Below are positions 14,053 through 27,534 of a stretch of DNA of 64,000 nt, one piece after another. The notes under the pieces are model-generated. The model was not told the origin of the DNA. It ran no database searches and saw nothing but the letters and a program-made list of their open reading frames with translations. The first letter of the stretch is position 1; each line of letters opens with the position of its first letter. The stretch is from contig CM052818.1 in assembly GCA_028534125.1 (NCBI GenBank), positions 37,760,001 to 37,824,000 of the forward strand, read 5' to 3'. Origin of the DNA: Lama glama. Lineage: Eukaryota. Position numbers and translations under genes: made by a program.

Positions 14053-16179
14053 TCATTGTCAAAATGATCCTTGAGCCCCCATGCTTCCATAGGCAGGTAG
14101 TGGATTGAGAACCTGTTATAGTCCCCATGAAGGGCCTATCCCCCAAAGTCCGTTTCAGATACGGATGTGGAAGATAATGAGAGACAGAGGAGGGGAAAAA
14201 GCTTTCAGAAAATGGAGCCAGGAGGCCTCTGAAAAAAATGGAAAAGAGAATTTCTCCTGGAAGAGCAGGATAAGGGCTTCATCAAGGAATATTCTCTGCC
14301 TTCAAGATAGGTCATTTACCCTATGTCTGCTAGTGGGGTTTCAGAATTTCTAAGGACCAAAGACTGCTGTGTGACTCTCATCATTCTTTTTTCAGAATGA
14401 GAATGTTTACTGCAATTATCCAAGCCTTATTGTGCCATTGTCTGCTAAGTGTGTATGGGGAGGAGCAGATGGTTCTCATCTGAGTTCATAGGTTTCCAGT
14501 CCAAGACAAGCCATGTTCACATCTGACGGAGAGACCATTATTACACAGCACGTAAACGTTAGAGCTGTTGTTGGATAAGACTTGGGTGGTCTTCCTTGGC
14601 AAGGGAGTGTGTATTTTGCATAAAATTTAAACTTCATATATTAGAACTGGGAGCACAAACTATAGCAGGACTTACCAGTGATCACCAGTATCCAGCTCTC
14701 CTCTCCTGCCTCACCTTACAGGAGCTGCACTTCCCAACCTCCTTACAGTGAGATGAGCCCACGTGACAGCTTCTGGCCAGTAAAGCGCATCACTTTCAAG
14801 CCAGGGCAATGAAAACACCCTGAGAAGTTTTCAGTTTTATTATTCTACTGCTGCAGCTGTTACGAAGACATCCTCATGCTGGGTTAGCCAAGTCCCAAGG
14901 GTGCAGCAGGCTGGGTGGAGGAGAGCTGCCACGGAGAGTTTCCTAGACCTAGGGTGGATTTTTTATAAATAAAAAAATTATCATTTTGTGTGAATCCCAA
15001 AAGATTTGTGGTAGCCTGTTAAAGCAGCATAACTTAGCCCATGCTGACTGAAACAGTGAGCACTGCTGAGTATCTGTGACTTGACATTGTTTTCAGTGTC
15101 TCTAAGGATGAATTTTAATCTTTTCCACAGTAAGGCCATATGCTGGTTATTGTCAGTTTGTGCTCCCAGAGGTCAGAGTGGCTGCAGCATATTAAACACA
15201 GAGAAGGGCAGTGCAAGAGAAGTTCTACATTTAGAAATTTTAGATTATAAAGGACTTTTTAAGTCATGGCAATGTGAGTGCAGGTTTTAGTTTCTAAAAG
15301 CAATGGAAAGATTTTAAGCAAAGGAATGACATATGATACACACTTCATTAATATTCTGGGCTATGTGCAGTTCAAAAATGGAAACATGGATAACAGATTT
15401 AGTGGCTATTGTGGTTTTCAAGAAGAAGATGCAGCTTAAACTAAAGTGCTCATAGTGACATTTAAAAGGTGAGGCTAGAATCCATATATATGTTGCAGTG
15501 AGAAGCAATAAGCCTTGGTGATCATGTAAGGAAATGCCCTAGAAACTTATTTCTCCTGAAGAACATATAATTTTTGAGAAAGTCAAGAGACTATACAAAC
15601 TTCTCTGTATTTGCAAAGCTAGAAATTTGCAAAGATCTTGGGATTTATCCCTTGTAAATGTCAAGGGTCTTATGATATCTGCTTATTGTATAAAACTTGA
15701 AAAATACAGTTGTACCCAAATGTCATTGAGAAGTGGGTAGGAATTGCATCTATGCCACGATTACTTTTTTTTTTTTCTGTGCACTTCCGATTTCATTTTC
15801 TACAACATTCTTCTCCCCAGCGCAGACAGAAACACAGACCTCCAAGGAGCCCCCCACGCAGTACACCCAGTACCCACTGTCTCTGGGAACACCCAAACAT
15901 GTGCTTCCCACATCTCTCCAGAGATTTCTGACATTCTTCATTCTCTCTTATTTTGTCCCCGAATTCTCAAGTGACACCCCCACAACACACACATACAGGA
16001 ACATGCAAACGGAAGCTCTTCAGAGAGTCTCAAGGCTAATGCTTCTCTAAATGTCTTCAGGTAAGCTCTAATATACATGACATAATACTTTTAAACGATA
16101 ATTTAAGTTTTTTGTATGAAACATCTGACTTTTCTACACCTTCTGCCACTTATATCTCATCCAAACTCTCTCAAGAAAA

Positions 16180-16920
16180 CCATCCAGTTATAATTGAGCC
16201 CTCATCATCCTATTCGTATCATTGCATCTAAAGTCTGTAGATTGTAATTTTTCCTCCATTTATGTTTTTACTACAGTATTCAAGCCCCTCCTCCTCATCT
16301 CTTTCTGGGACTATTGAAACAGCTTCCTAACAGACAGCCCTCCATCCAATCTTATTTACAATCAATCACCACTGTACAATGCAGTCAGAATAAACCCACT
16401 AAAATGCTGACCTGACCACCTCTACTCCTCAACTAGATCCATTAAAATTTTGCTGTTCTCTGGACAGATCCCGAGTTTCTTTACAGACTTTTAGAAACAC
16501 TTACTACTTGCCACTCCCTACTTGTAAAGCCTCATCTTTTAATTCTTTCCCCCTCAAACATGCACTCTGTGGTCCAATCAATCTGAATACCGTTTAGTTT
16601 CTCCAGCGTGGCAGGGGTCTCTCATTTCAGGGACTTCACGTGTCCAGATCTTTCCTTCTGGACAAATATTGCCAACATCCCTTTAGGGTCTTAGTCTCAA
16701 TAGCTCTTCCTCTGTAAGTCTTTTGACATTTTCCTAAACTAGACTCTACGTTCTGAATATGTCATTTCCAAATACCTCTCATTTCCTTGTTTATCACATA
16801 ACTCACATTCGCCTTGGTACTGCATTTAAAAAATTACCTTTAGATCACGTGACTCCATGAAGACAGGGGATTTCCCTTGCCCAATATATAGAAGGCACTT
16901 GTGGCAAATGCTCACTGACT
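16180..16920 (+). mobile_element. L2 3' portion
   Basis: catctctttctgggactattgaaacagcttcctaac...gactccatgaagacaggg. Confidence 0.7.
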
Positions 16921-17669
16921 TGTTGTGTTGTTAGTTTCTTGTGCCCGGATTCCTCACTTGCCATTTAAATACAAGCCAATAAGTGATTGTGTATATTTTA
17001 TGGAGGAGGCAAAGTTATCCACCTTAGAGACTAGTGGTGTGTGAGTTCTCTCACCAGATTTCTCTACCACACTGGGAAGCATATGGAGAAAAATAATTTT
17101 AAAAGGAAAAAAAAACCTAATATCTAATTAATGTGTTTCCTTCCAGTCTCCTATACATGCCTGGTAGATAGACAGATTGAAAGCACAGTTAGTTGGAGAG
17201 ATCAAGGCATGGCATAGAGCTAGATGAATGGATAAATGACAATCATATGTGAAAGTGTATTGAGTGGGGCTGTGTATATGGTTTTTGTTTGATTGTTGTT
17301 TTTTGGAAGTGTGTGTGTGTGTGTTCTGTTTTTCTAAACATTACCCAGAGAATCTTTTTCCATTTAATTAAAAATTTTTCCTGATGCCCACATGATACTG
17401 AAATATGTTATGCACATTATTTATTTAGCCTTCACATTCAGTAACACATACATTATTTCCATTTTTTCTCATTATAAATAATCCCCTAGCAAACATTTCT
17501 GTCAAAATCTTTTCCTGAATCTGGATATAATATTAATCTTTCACACTTCTATGCTTCTGTGCTCTGGTGCCCGGTCTTCCTATGGGAACTCAGTAATCCT
17601 TTGGTGCAACTACACTGAGACCCATTTTTATAAGCCAGTCCTCCTCTTTACCAATTCTTAGCAACTTTC

Positions 17670-17905
17670 TCCAGCTTGGTGTAGTAGCATCGAGCTATTG
17701 AATTAGAAAACATCAATGCGGTGGAATTGTGTGAACTTGAAAATTCATTTAGCTGCCCTGAGTCTGAGATTCCTCATTCTTACAATGAGAATCATCCTAC
17801 TATTTGTCCTACTTCTGCAGAGGTGTTTTTTGGTTTTTTTTTTTTTTTTGCCTCTGTGTTTTACAGACCATTACTAAGGGAAGAAATGTAAGATGTAAGT
17901 GCATT
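17670..17905 (+). mobile_element. MIR SINE
   Basis: tgtgtgaacttgaaaattcatttag...ctgagtctgagattcctcattcttacaatgaga. Confidence 0.6.
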
Positions 17906-18961
17906 TTAACAAATAATGTTTGTTTTTATGTATGTGTGTAGGTGTGTGTGTGTGTATAAAAGCAGTTGATAAGTCTTATTTTGTTTGAAATGATTTGCAT
18001 GCCCTTCGGATCACTTGGATTAAGTTCAGATACTTGATTCATACACTGTGTGTCTGGATCATGTCCAGGGTCTGAGGCTTGGCACATAAGGCTCTTCTCA
18101 GCTTTACTCCAAGTTTCAGCTGCAAACTCATTGCGCATGTGTTATTTTTTCTGTGCCAGATGTACTTACTTCCCCATGTTTTGCAAAATTTCAAGGTCCT
18201 TTCAACCCATGGTGCCTTGCTACAAGCTCATTCCTCCACTTGGAGTGTCATCTTCCATCCATCCTCCCCTAGGGGCAAATTGACACAAACCAAAGATGAA
18301 AAGGTGATTGGTGAATCATTTTGAAACAACTTTCAAAAGACATTCTGTGTCTTAGATCGTATAGTACATGTGATTTTTAGAGTGTATGTGTGAGTGTGCA
18401 CGCATGCAAATGCATATCACATGTGTGTGTTTATGTGTGAGTGTGTAGGGATTGAAATAAATTGTGCTTTTTCTCTCCCCAGAGTTTCTATATGACAAAG
18501 CTTCAAGCCAGTGAATTTCTAGTTAATGGAAAAGTTAAGGATAGGATTGCGTTCTCCTTAAGCTTTTACGCAGAAGGCAAACGGGTGATGGGCTGCCTGG
18601 AGGCCACTTCACCTGTGGGGTCTATTGCTGTGTGCGGCTGTCAGCTTCCCATCGGACGACCTCACACAGCCGGGTGCAGATGCTTCTCTGTGTTAGCTCT
18701 AACAGTGCACTGGAGAGGGGGAGCAGACATGCACCATTGTAAGGAAAATGAACAACCATCGCCTGGAAGAGAAAGAATTGAAAATGAGAGGCCTGTTTTA
18801 AGAGGGCTTTTGTTTGGGCTTACGTTTTTCACCTAGAAATGGACACAATTACCGAAAATTAGAAATGAAGCTGGGCTTTGTACAATGAAACGAGATAATT
18901 TCATGGCCAAAACAAGTGGGCTCGCGTTGAAAGGAAAGCCATTAAAATATACCTAAGCAGT

Positions 18962-19082
18962 AAGTTAATGGGGGAGAAATTCAATTTGAAAATGAGAGAA
19001 CATTTTCAGATAGAAAGGGCAGGCAGTGGAACAGGGTGCTTAATGAGGTACAGTAGATATATTCAAGTTTAATCTAGATAAT
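18962..19082 (+). mobile_element. Ancient CR1/L3-like LINE ORF2 C-terminal relic
   Basis: Translates across frameshifts as KLMGEKFNLKMREHF..ERA / QWNRVLNEV / IFKFNLDN, resembling the CR1 ORF2 C-terminal pattern. Confidence 0.5.
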
Positions 19083-20019
19083 TTTAGATAATTACAGAAA
19101 AAGCTTAAGCTTAGGAGGTTTTTTTTTTTTTTTCCCGACTTTTCCCCCTCACTGCTTGATGCCAAGCATTTGACTGGACTAGAAAAAAAATTTACACTAT
19201 TACCCTATTATCTGTCGTTTTATATAAAGTCTATTTTCCAAAACTAAAAGTTCAAAGGGTTTTTCTCTAACTGACTGGACGTCAGTCCCATGAAAGAACT
19301 GCATTGTTGTCAAATAATGCTCAGAGGACATTCAGGACTTTCATTGCTCCTGACCCTGCCGCTCTGCCCAAAGAAGAGTCTCTCCCGGGTGGCCACCGTT
19401 CTCTGTCTCCTCATCTCACAGACTTAAGTCTGTTCTGGGAAATGACACACCGCTGACGGATCACCCTGAGAGTCAAAGGCTGTTTCCAGGGTGGCTGTGG
19501 GATGTCCCAAGGATGAAACTTCTGGAAGTTATGCTAATATGTTTGTAGTGGAATTTGCACTCCCTATGCATTAATCCTTCCTCCTCACTATTTTCCTCAA
19601 ATCTTTATCCAGGTTTTGCTTTGGGTCCAGACCTCTAGTGGATGCTCTTTAGGTCTCTAGCAGCTTGTAAGATTTTTTTTTCCCCCTTACCATCAGGACT
19701 ATACTGAATTATCAAGGCTTCAGGACATACTGTGATGTAGCTACAGGGTGTAGAAAGACAGAAAGGAGTGTTGCACAGGAGGGAGGTGGTCTTGAGCCCA
19801 TGTGTGCTGAGGCTTCAGCGCTGTGGGGACACACTTGCTATCATCGGGCAGGCTCAGGTGGGCCTCTCACAGGTTCCTCGGCTCAGACTTATTTTTCTGC
19901 TCAGCACTACTAACGTTCCTGATTAAGGGCAGTGTGAACTGGGCTACCTGAGTCCTAGTAAGAGGCAATTCATCAGCTTGCATGCTAGAGAATTCTACTC
20001 AACAGGAAAAGTTTCATGA

Positions 20020-20220
20020 AATGGTTCAAGATGCAGGTTTAGGAAAGATGTAAACCCGGCTTCAAGTTTCTATTTTAGCCACTTATTTGCGGAGTGCTCA
20101 TGGACTTGTTGCTTATTTCTCTGTAGGACAGATTTCTTATGTCTTAAACTGACACATCCAATTCTCAGGTTTTTAGGAGGAAGAAATCAAAGTGTATATT
20201 AATTGCTTTTAAATATAGAC
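20020..20220 (+). mobile_element. Degraded MIR SINE
   Basis: ggcttcaagtttctattttagccacttatttgc...ttgttgcttatttctctgt. Confidence 0.5.
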
Positions 20221-22721
20221 CATAAACTAGTTTAATCTGAACTGATCACTGATGAATTCTCACTGTGTCTATGGTAATAAAGAAAGTGATAGACTTATGC
20301 TACCATCATTGTTATTATCATTTTAGGTCAGAAATAATTAGGGAAGATTCTACCATACCTTCCAGTTTAGTCCAGCTCCAAAAACATGCATGTGATGTGT
20401 ACTGATTTATCTGGGAAGATAACTCAACAGCACAAAATGACCTCGGACAGCATACATGTTACCTTCCTAAAAGTGGTACAGAATCAGTTCCCGGGTGTGG
20501 CTGCTGAAATGGTAAGCCCCACGTCTGGCACTATGTTAAGGCACACATTCTAGAAACCCCGGAAACCAAATCCAACGAGAAGTGACTCCCAAAGGAACTG
20601 AAACTAAGCCATACACCCAACAAAGACCACCACACAAACCATGTGAATGTATTGATACCCTTAATGATTTCTTAGATGGTAACAACTACTCTGGTTTCTT
20701 TTTTTTTTATATAACATAATATTATTAGCAATATTATGCAATGTCAACCCAATTCTTATACATATTTACAATTAACACTACATTTGTTCTTTCAGTGTGA
20801 TAAGCTATTATTCTGCGTCTTCACCATTAGAAATACACCTCTACTACAATGTTTTGTTCAGTCTCTACCTTTTATTTCCAGAAACTCAATAAAAGCTGCT
20901 GGGAGCTCAGAAATTACTTAACAAAATTAAGTTGCTACTAAATTCAGTTTATATAAATCCCATACCATACCTTTATCTATGAAAAAAATGTTATATACTC
21001 CATATAGTTGTTCTCTTGCTTACAGATAGAGATGTTACCAACCATGGGCAGCATAAAGCAGATTAAAGCTGCTTTTGTCTCCATTCACGCCACAGGCAAC
21101 TTCAGGAACAGCAGAGATCTCAGTTGACTCCAGCAGGTAAAAAAGCATGATTTTCTCCCTTAAAGGATGAAGATAATTCGCACAGGCAAGACCTGGCTAA
21201 GCTAACAGGACACCAGGATTAGAAGACCGCAGATCCTCTAGTTATATTTGGATTTTCTTGTCTTGTATTTCTATGATCGAAGGTTCAAATGAATTCTCTT
21301 TGCTACAGAGAGTTGAGGACACAATGAAGCTTCCTGTGAAAATATTTTCCATCAATCAAAAGCCTTTCCTTGAAAAATATATATACATGTGCTTGCAAGT
21401 TTTAAAAATTGATCGGTTCCCCAGTGACCCACCCCCATCCTGAAACGTTCATCTAAATAGCTGAATGCCCCCTAGCTTTGTACTCCACGCCGATCTCTGG
21501 CCCTTCCATAACCCATCTCCCATGAGAGGAAGGAGAGCTTACCTTGGTAGTGAGATTGGGAAGAGGAGAGGGAGCGTGTGCGGTCCACCCTCTCTTTCTC
21601 CTGTTGGCAGTCCCCCTACTCCATCGTAAGGTTTGCAGTCGGGGACCCTGCTCCCTTCAGTGGTGGGAGCTGCGGGTTTAGTGGTGTGGTAGCCTCATAG
21701 CCCTCCACCTCATCCGTCAGCAGTGAAACCTCAGAATTATCAGTCCAAAGTTACATATGGAGAAACTTTGAGGAAGCCAGGACACGTAGCATCTTATCTT
21801 CAAGGTGTTCTTTGGAGGTTGTTAATACCCAGTTTAGAGTAACTTCTGTGCTCTTAGTAACCTGTGTTTTGTTTTCTTAGCCAGGTCTGTAGGTTACTAA
21901 GAGTTTTTGTTTTTGAAAAGCTTTGAGATTGTCACCACTAACTTTCAGCAGAGCTAAAGCAAGGCCAATAGAAAATTATATGCCATTTTAAATTATTATT
22001 AGCATACTCTTAAAATTATACTCATCAGTAGATTATTATCCTTGTGAATATTGGAAATCCAAATAGGAGCCCTGTGTACTGAAATAGGATATATTGTGTA
22101 AATGAACAGACAGAAATGAAGGCTCCTGCCAGTTTTGAATGTATAACCCCCACACGGACAGATTTAGAGGAGAGTTGATCACAAATACTTGAGCTACCTC
22201 TTCAATTATTATTATTCCCCAAAAGCTTATACCTGAGGTGGCTTAATCTTGAGAATTAGCTTGGTATGAAAACAGTGTCTGGACATAGGCAAATGGTACT
22301 TTAGATGAATAGGAGATGGTACTTAAAGAAAAGTCTTTGCAAATGACTGAGAATGATCTAGGAGAACCAAGCAAAAAGAGAAAGGCATATTCTTCAAAGA
22401 AATTCAAGGTTTGAAAGACTGTGATTCAAATGAAAAGGTAAAAAAAATGTACTTAGGAAATAATATACCAAGGTTTAACTACTTTTAAGGTTTTGGCTGG
22501 ACAAGGGGTAAATGTTTTATTGATGAGCAAACCAGAAAAAAATGATCAGAGCTTGAGAAACCTAATGGAAGAATATAGGCAAGATCACAGAGACCAGAAT
22601 GAAATAATTTCTTTGTATGGAGCTAGGACTCAGGGAACAATTGAGAAATGCCATCTTAAAGCTATAGATAGAGTCCATACTAGGACTAATGGAAAACTAT
22701 GTCCTTGAAGACTGGGATAAT

Positions 22722-23215
22722 TTTTTTTTAATTGAAGTACAGTCAATTACAATGTGTTGATCTCTGGTGTACAGCACAACGTCCCAGTCATGCATATACA
22801 TACATATATTCATTTTCATTGTTTTTTGCATTAAAAGTTATTACAAAATATTGAACATAGTTCACTGTGCTATACAAAATAAATGTTTTAAATCTAGTTT
22901 TATATGTAGTGGCTAACATTTGTAAATCTCAAACTCCCAAATTTTCCCCTTCCCACTCCCTTTCTCCAGTAACCATAAGATTGTTTACTAAATCTGTGGG
23001 TCTTGTTTCTGTTTTATAGATGAGTTCATGGTATCCTTTTTTTTTTTTTAGATTCCACTTATGAGTGATATCATATGGTATTTTTCTTTCTCTTTCTGGT
23101 TTCACTTAGAATGACAATTTCTAGATCCATCCATGTTGCTGCAAACGGCATTATTTTATTCTTTTTTATGGCAGAGTAGTATTCCATTATAAAAATATAC
23201 AACACTTCTTTATCT
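22722..23215 (-). mobile_element. Camelid/artiodactyl-type L1 3' end with 14-bp TSD
   Basis: Poly-T start, L1 3'UTR and ORF2 end (gatccatccatgttgctgcaaacggc); TSD aagactgggataat (22708-22721) vs aagactgtgatgat (23216-23229). Confidence 0.9.
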
Positions 23216-23367
23216 AAGACTGTGATGATTATAACAGCTTATATACTATTTGAACAGGTGTAATGGGGAAGACTAGGTGTATCATGTTTGCAAAATGCTC
23301 AAATTATTGTTGAAGGAGTTTCAAGGGAAATTATTATAAGCAGAGGCACAGGTATTAACTATTCTTT

Positions 23368-23851
23368 TGAGGAGGAGAATATTTCCTTCCTCTATCCCTC
23401 TTGAGATCTTGTGGCTGGACTAATAGTAAAAATGACACAAAGCAGATTAACAGGAAAAGAACCAATTTAATTTCATGGGCACAGATCATAAGATGATGCT
23501 CACAGAGTAAATAAAGCAGGCAGATTTTGTAACTTTTTACATGAAGAAACAATACATTTTTGAGGAGTTGATAGGGCAAAGAAACAGGTTTGTGTACTTA
23601 ATTAATAAGGGACTTAAGGAAATTGCACTTTGGGTAGTAAGTAAGTAAGTAATAAGGTGTATATATCCTGGACCCTAAACTAGGAAGACATCTTTCACAT
23701 GGAAGATTTATTTCCCGCTTTTAGGATGACAGAGAGGAGGGTCAAAGTATTCCTCTTCCATCAGCCATTTCTTAAGTAACTTTAATTCAAAAAAATAAAT
23801 ATGCCATTTAAGGCATGTTTTTGGGTGGCCTGCCTACCCTGAGTCCCAACA
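23368..23851 (-). mobile_element. Solo ERV1-class LTR (MER41/MER34-like)
   Basis: TG...CA termini; gacacaaagcagattaacaggaaaag and ttaattcaaaa..aatatgcca motifs; 4-bp flanks cttt/cttc consistent with an ERV1 TSD. Confidence 0.75.
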
Positions 23852-24683
23852 CTTCTCTCAAGGAATATGTTGTAAAAATTTTATAAGATAAGAAATAGAA
23901 ACCAAGATAAAGGATGGCTGATATGAATGAGGAGGGAAGTAGGCAGATCTCAAAAGGCAGAATCCAGATCTGGGCTAGATGTGGGGTTCACAGAAGACTA
24001 ACTCGAAGATACGATTTTCTTACTCAGGAGAATAAGAATAGAAATGTTTTGACAGAACCAGAAATGAAAGGCAGCACGTTTCTTACAACAGAGGGTCCCA
24101 GTAGGGTCTGAGACATGTATTATAAAGAAAACTGTAAAAGACCATTCAGCAGAGAAAGTTAAGCACAGCTGTTTTCCCAACAAGCTAAACAATGAACGCA
24201 TTTATATATTGAGAGGAATGCCAGGGACCATCACAGGGGCAACACCCAAGCTGGAAGAACAGGCACAATTAGGTTGATACGTGTTTAGGGATATCAGGAA
24301 ATCGAAGATGCCCAGATATGACTGAACGAGGTCAAGCACTATTTGGAGAGCAAATAACTGGAGTTGTTTGAATGATAAATCAGTGTGTTTTGTCAGTAGG
24401 ATTGCCTGTCATCTGTATAAACACCGTACTGTCCGGAGAAAGCAGCATCGGTAGAAATGTTTCAGACTCAGAAGTTAAAGGAAACTTGGTTATAGAACAG
24501 GCGGCACTGAGATGCTCTGAAACATAGCAGGGCCAATGAGAAGGAGGTCCGTTACCCCACATTCTGGTACTTTGTTCGTGCCAGAGATGGGCAGCTAAAA
24601 AAGCCCTTAGAAATTAACTTGTGGTGCTTATTCTCAATTGGTGTGATTGCCTCTACCCTTCTGGAAGACTGGGACATGGGACA

Positions 24684-24772
24684 TTCTTTTCTTCCTTTCT
24701 CTTCCCTCTTTTTCTTCTCCTCTTCTTCTTCTTCTCCCTTTTCCTCCTCCATCTTTTGTCTTCTTTTTTTTT
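24684..24772. repeat. CT-rich low-complexity (TTC/TCC) tract
   Basis: Read directly. Confidence 0.85.
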
Positions 24773-27534
24773 AAGGAACATAGGAATGTGTAACTTCCCA
24801 TTTTCAGGAATAAATATAATACTGTAAGATAGGCTAACAGGGGGTTTTGACTTATTTTAATATTTTCTTCTTTAGACTGTCTAGAGCATTGCATATTTTA
24901 ATTTATTTTCTTTGGTTTTATACATAATTTTATTCTGAAAAATAAAGTCTACTTAAGGCAAGTGATTTGTTTTCAACTTGGGCCATGTATTTATTGGAAT
25001 TTACATCTGTCTTGATTCTGTCATTGGACTCCATTACAGAGTCTCTGAAAGACTGTTCTGGACAAAGTGGCCTGAAATATTTTGGGATGGAACATTGGAA
25101 GAGTCTAGCCTTAAATACAGTATAGATCTAGAATGGGCTTGATAAATGCACTGCTGTAGTTTTTCTTAGACTTTTGGGTTGCCACGTCTATGTTACCTAG
25201 TGGTATTCCCAAGAAGGTAATCAAGAAGAGCAGTTGCTATTACTGGGGCAGTGGCCTTGTGGGAGTAAGGCAGTAATGTTGGTCTCCTTCACGGGGGAAG
25301 AATAATACTACTCTTGGTTGACCATAAGCTTAGTGGCTAAAGCCAGTGAGTTAGGAGATGGAAAGACATAGAATATTTGGGGAACATACATCTTCCCAAA
25401 CTGATATTTGTTACGTGATATTAAAGACCCCATTATTGTAAAAATTCTTGCCCCTCCTCTTTACTACCCCCTTATAAAGTTCAGTGAGTTATCATATTGG
25501 CAAGTTTGAAAGAGGAACGGGATCCAGGTGGCCAGCCACCTTACTGAGTTACGTGCTGACCAGAGAAGGCACATGTATTTCATACCTTTTGGCTGTGTGT
25601 AGAACAAAGAGAAAGCTGGCTCTTTTTCATGAATGGGGAAGTGGTAATGCAGTCCTTAGAAATAAGTTCAATTCAGGGAATTGTCAATAGCAAGAAGTTA
25701 CAGAAAGATCAAGTTCTCCTTGAAGAGAATCTCTTCCCACGTTGGAGCAGCATCATAAACTCTGCCAAATCAACAAAGTGATGAGGTAGTGGGAAGGCAG
25801 TGGGCATTGCATGATACGGGTGCAGCACTGTGCTAATAACTCCGTGGCCTTAAAGGCAAGATTAAAGTCAGGAAATAATTCAAATGAACCCAAGTGACGT
25901 CCCAAAGCCAGCTTAGGCATTCAAAATCATTCAAATGATTCATTAAATGATGACCAAGGGATCACCTATTTAGGAATTCTGGGTGTAAGGGTGGCCACGA
26001 TAAACATATAGCTAATAATGGCAAGCATTCTATCTAAACAGAAAACAGAGATCTTAGAGATACAGTCCCTCCTTAAGCAGTCCCACTTACACAAAACGGA
26101 CTGAGAGAAGACCAGGGTCCCCAACTTACCTGCTCTTTGAGAGTTGGGCAATGTGAGGCTGCCACCAGAAGTTTCATTCCTGAAACTTATGAGACTTTGG
26201 CCACAGGTAATGACTAGGAATAACTTCTTAAAACCAGCACTATTTTCAGAAGGAAATGATTTTAATAAACTTACCAGTTATCTTTTCACCATGTTGAGGA
26301 GCAATACAATTTACAGAGAACAGTAGGCTTCTTCTAAGTTTTGAAGTGTTGTCTGGATTAGTGCCAAGACAAAGCAAATTATATTTGCATGATTTCAAGT
26401 TATTACATAATCAATGAAGCCGCATCAGTCAAAACTTAAAAAGCCATTAAACAACCCAATGTAGTTAGATTGAAATTTGACTTTTGATAGTACAAAATCT
26501 CTTAATTGTTTAATTCAATTAAAAAATACATATTTTACAGATGTTTTCGTAATTAAAACATAATACACCAGCTTGTATTTAATAGATAAATAAATCACCA
26601 CAACAGCTTGTATTTAATAAATAAGTAACTAAACTTTCACATTGAAGTCAAGATGAGAAACTTGAAATGATGGATTCCATAGCTAACCAGTTCACCAGTT
26701 TTCTTAAATAACTTATTCAGAAATTGACAACAAAAGATTAACTTAGAAGTTGTTTTTTTTTTCAATCCCTAAATGATCCTAAGTTTATAATTAATGAGCT
26801 TAACGAAATGAACAATTGTTTTTCTGTGTCAGTAAATGTGTGAAGCATAAAACATGAACAATCAATCCTTTCATTTATCATGCTTCTCACATTATATTTC
26901 TAGATCGCTGATATGAGATCCTTTAACTCAATTTTTAACAAATATGCATTGAATGATGCACAGAATAAATCTCAGTATTTATAGAGGAATATGTATCAAT
27001 GTCATAACTTCCCCATCCATGACCGATTATTCTCATTCTTAATAATATTATTCATTTTCCCTAACGAAATTCATTCCCAGGAGAGGTAAGAACTTTACTT
27101 TGTTCAGCAAACTTGATGGCTTGGTGTGTTATCTTTCAAATTCGCATTTTGTTATTAACACCCAATTCATCTCTACACATACAGTTCACAGATTAATAAG
27201 TGAAAAGGCTTTTATTAATAATTAATGACATTTTCCTTATTTGCCGAAGACTAAAATTCAGTGAGCTGAGAACTTTTCTTAATCTTTTTAAACAATAACT
27301 AGCAAAATTCTCTGTGAGTTCCATTATATTGTACTCTTATGATATTCTAGAGCTACATATGTCTTATAGTTAATGTATTTTGAATAGGTTAATCAAATTT
27401 ATCCAATATTTATTAAGTCTCCCCTTCAACAAAATAGTGTAGAATATAGAAATGAAAAATACGTGTGATTCTTTTTTCTCCTTAGGTATTTCTTCAAGTA
27501 GCAAATCCTGATATACTATGTTCCTTCCACTGAT

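Larger units (their letters stand above)
11820..15055 (+). mobile_element. Two-LTR MaLR element (MLT1I/J-like): 5' LTR ~11820-12843 (interrupted), internal region, 3' LTR 14661-15055
   Basis: The 5' LTR end ctgataca is followed by the MLT-int start gaaaattggtactggaagtggggtc. The 3' LTR ends gcagcataacttagcccatgctgactgaaaca. The two LTRs share blocks (gcaatgaagagccctgggagattctccag vs gcaatgaaaacaccctgagaagttttcag). Confidence 0.75.

Noticed and set aside
18462..18836. 124-aa ORF overlapping an acceptor-like ctttttctctcccccag
   Set aside because: No recognisable domain, no convincing donor site, and a non-ATG start.
21537..21735. Minus-strand donor aag|gtaagc after a GC-richer segment
   Set aside because: No matching acceptor found, and the longest frame stops before the donor.
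25782..25803. let-7-like TGAGGTAGT
   Set aside because: Only the first 9 nt match, and there is no precursor hairpin.
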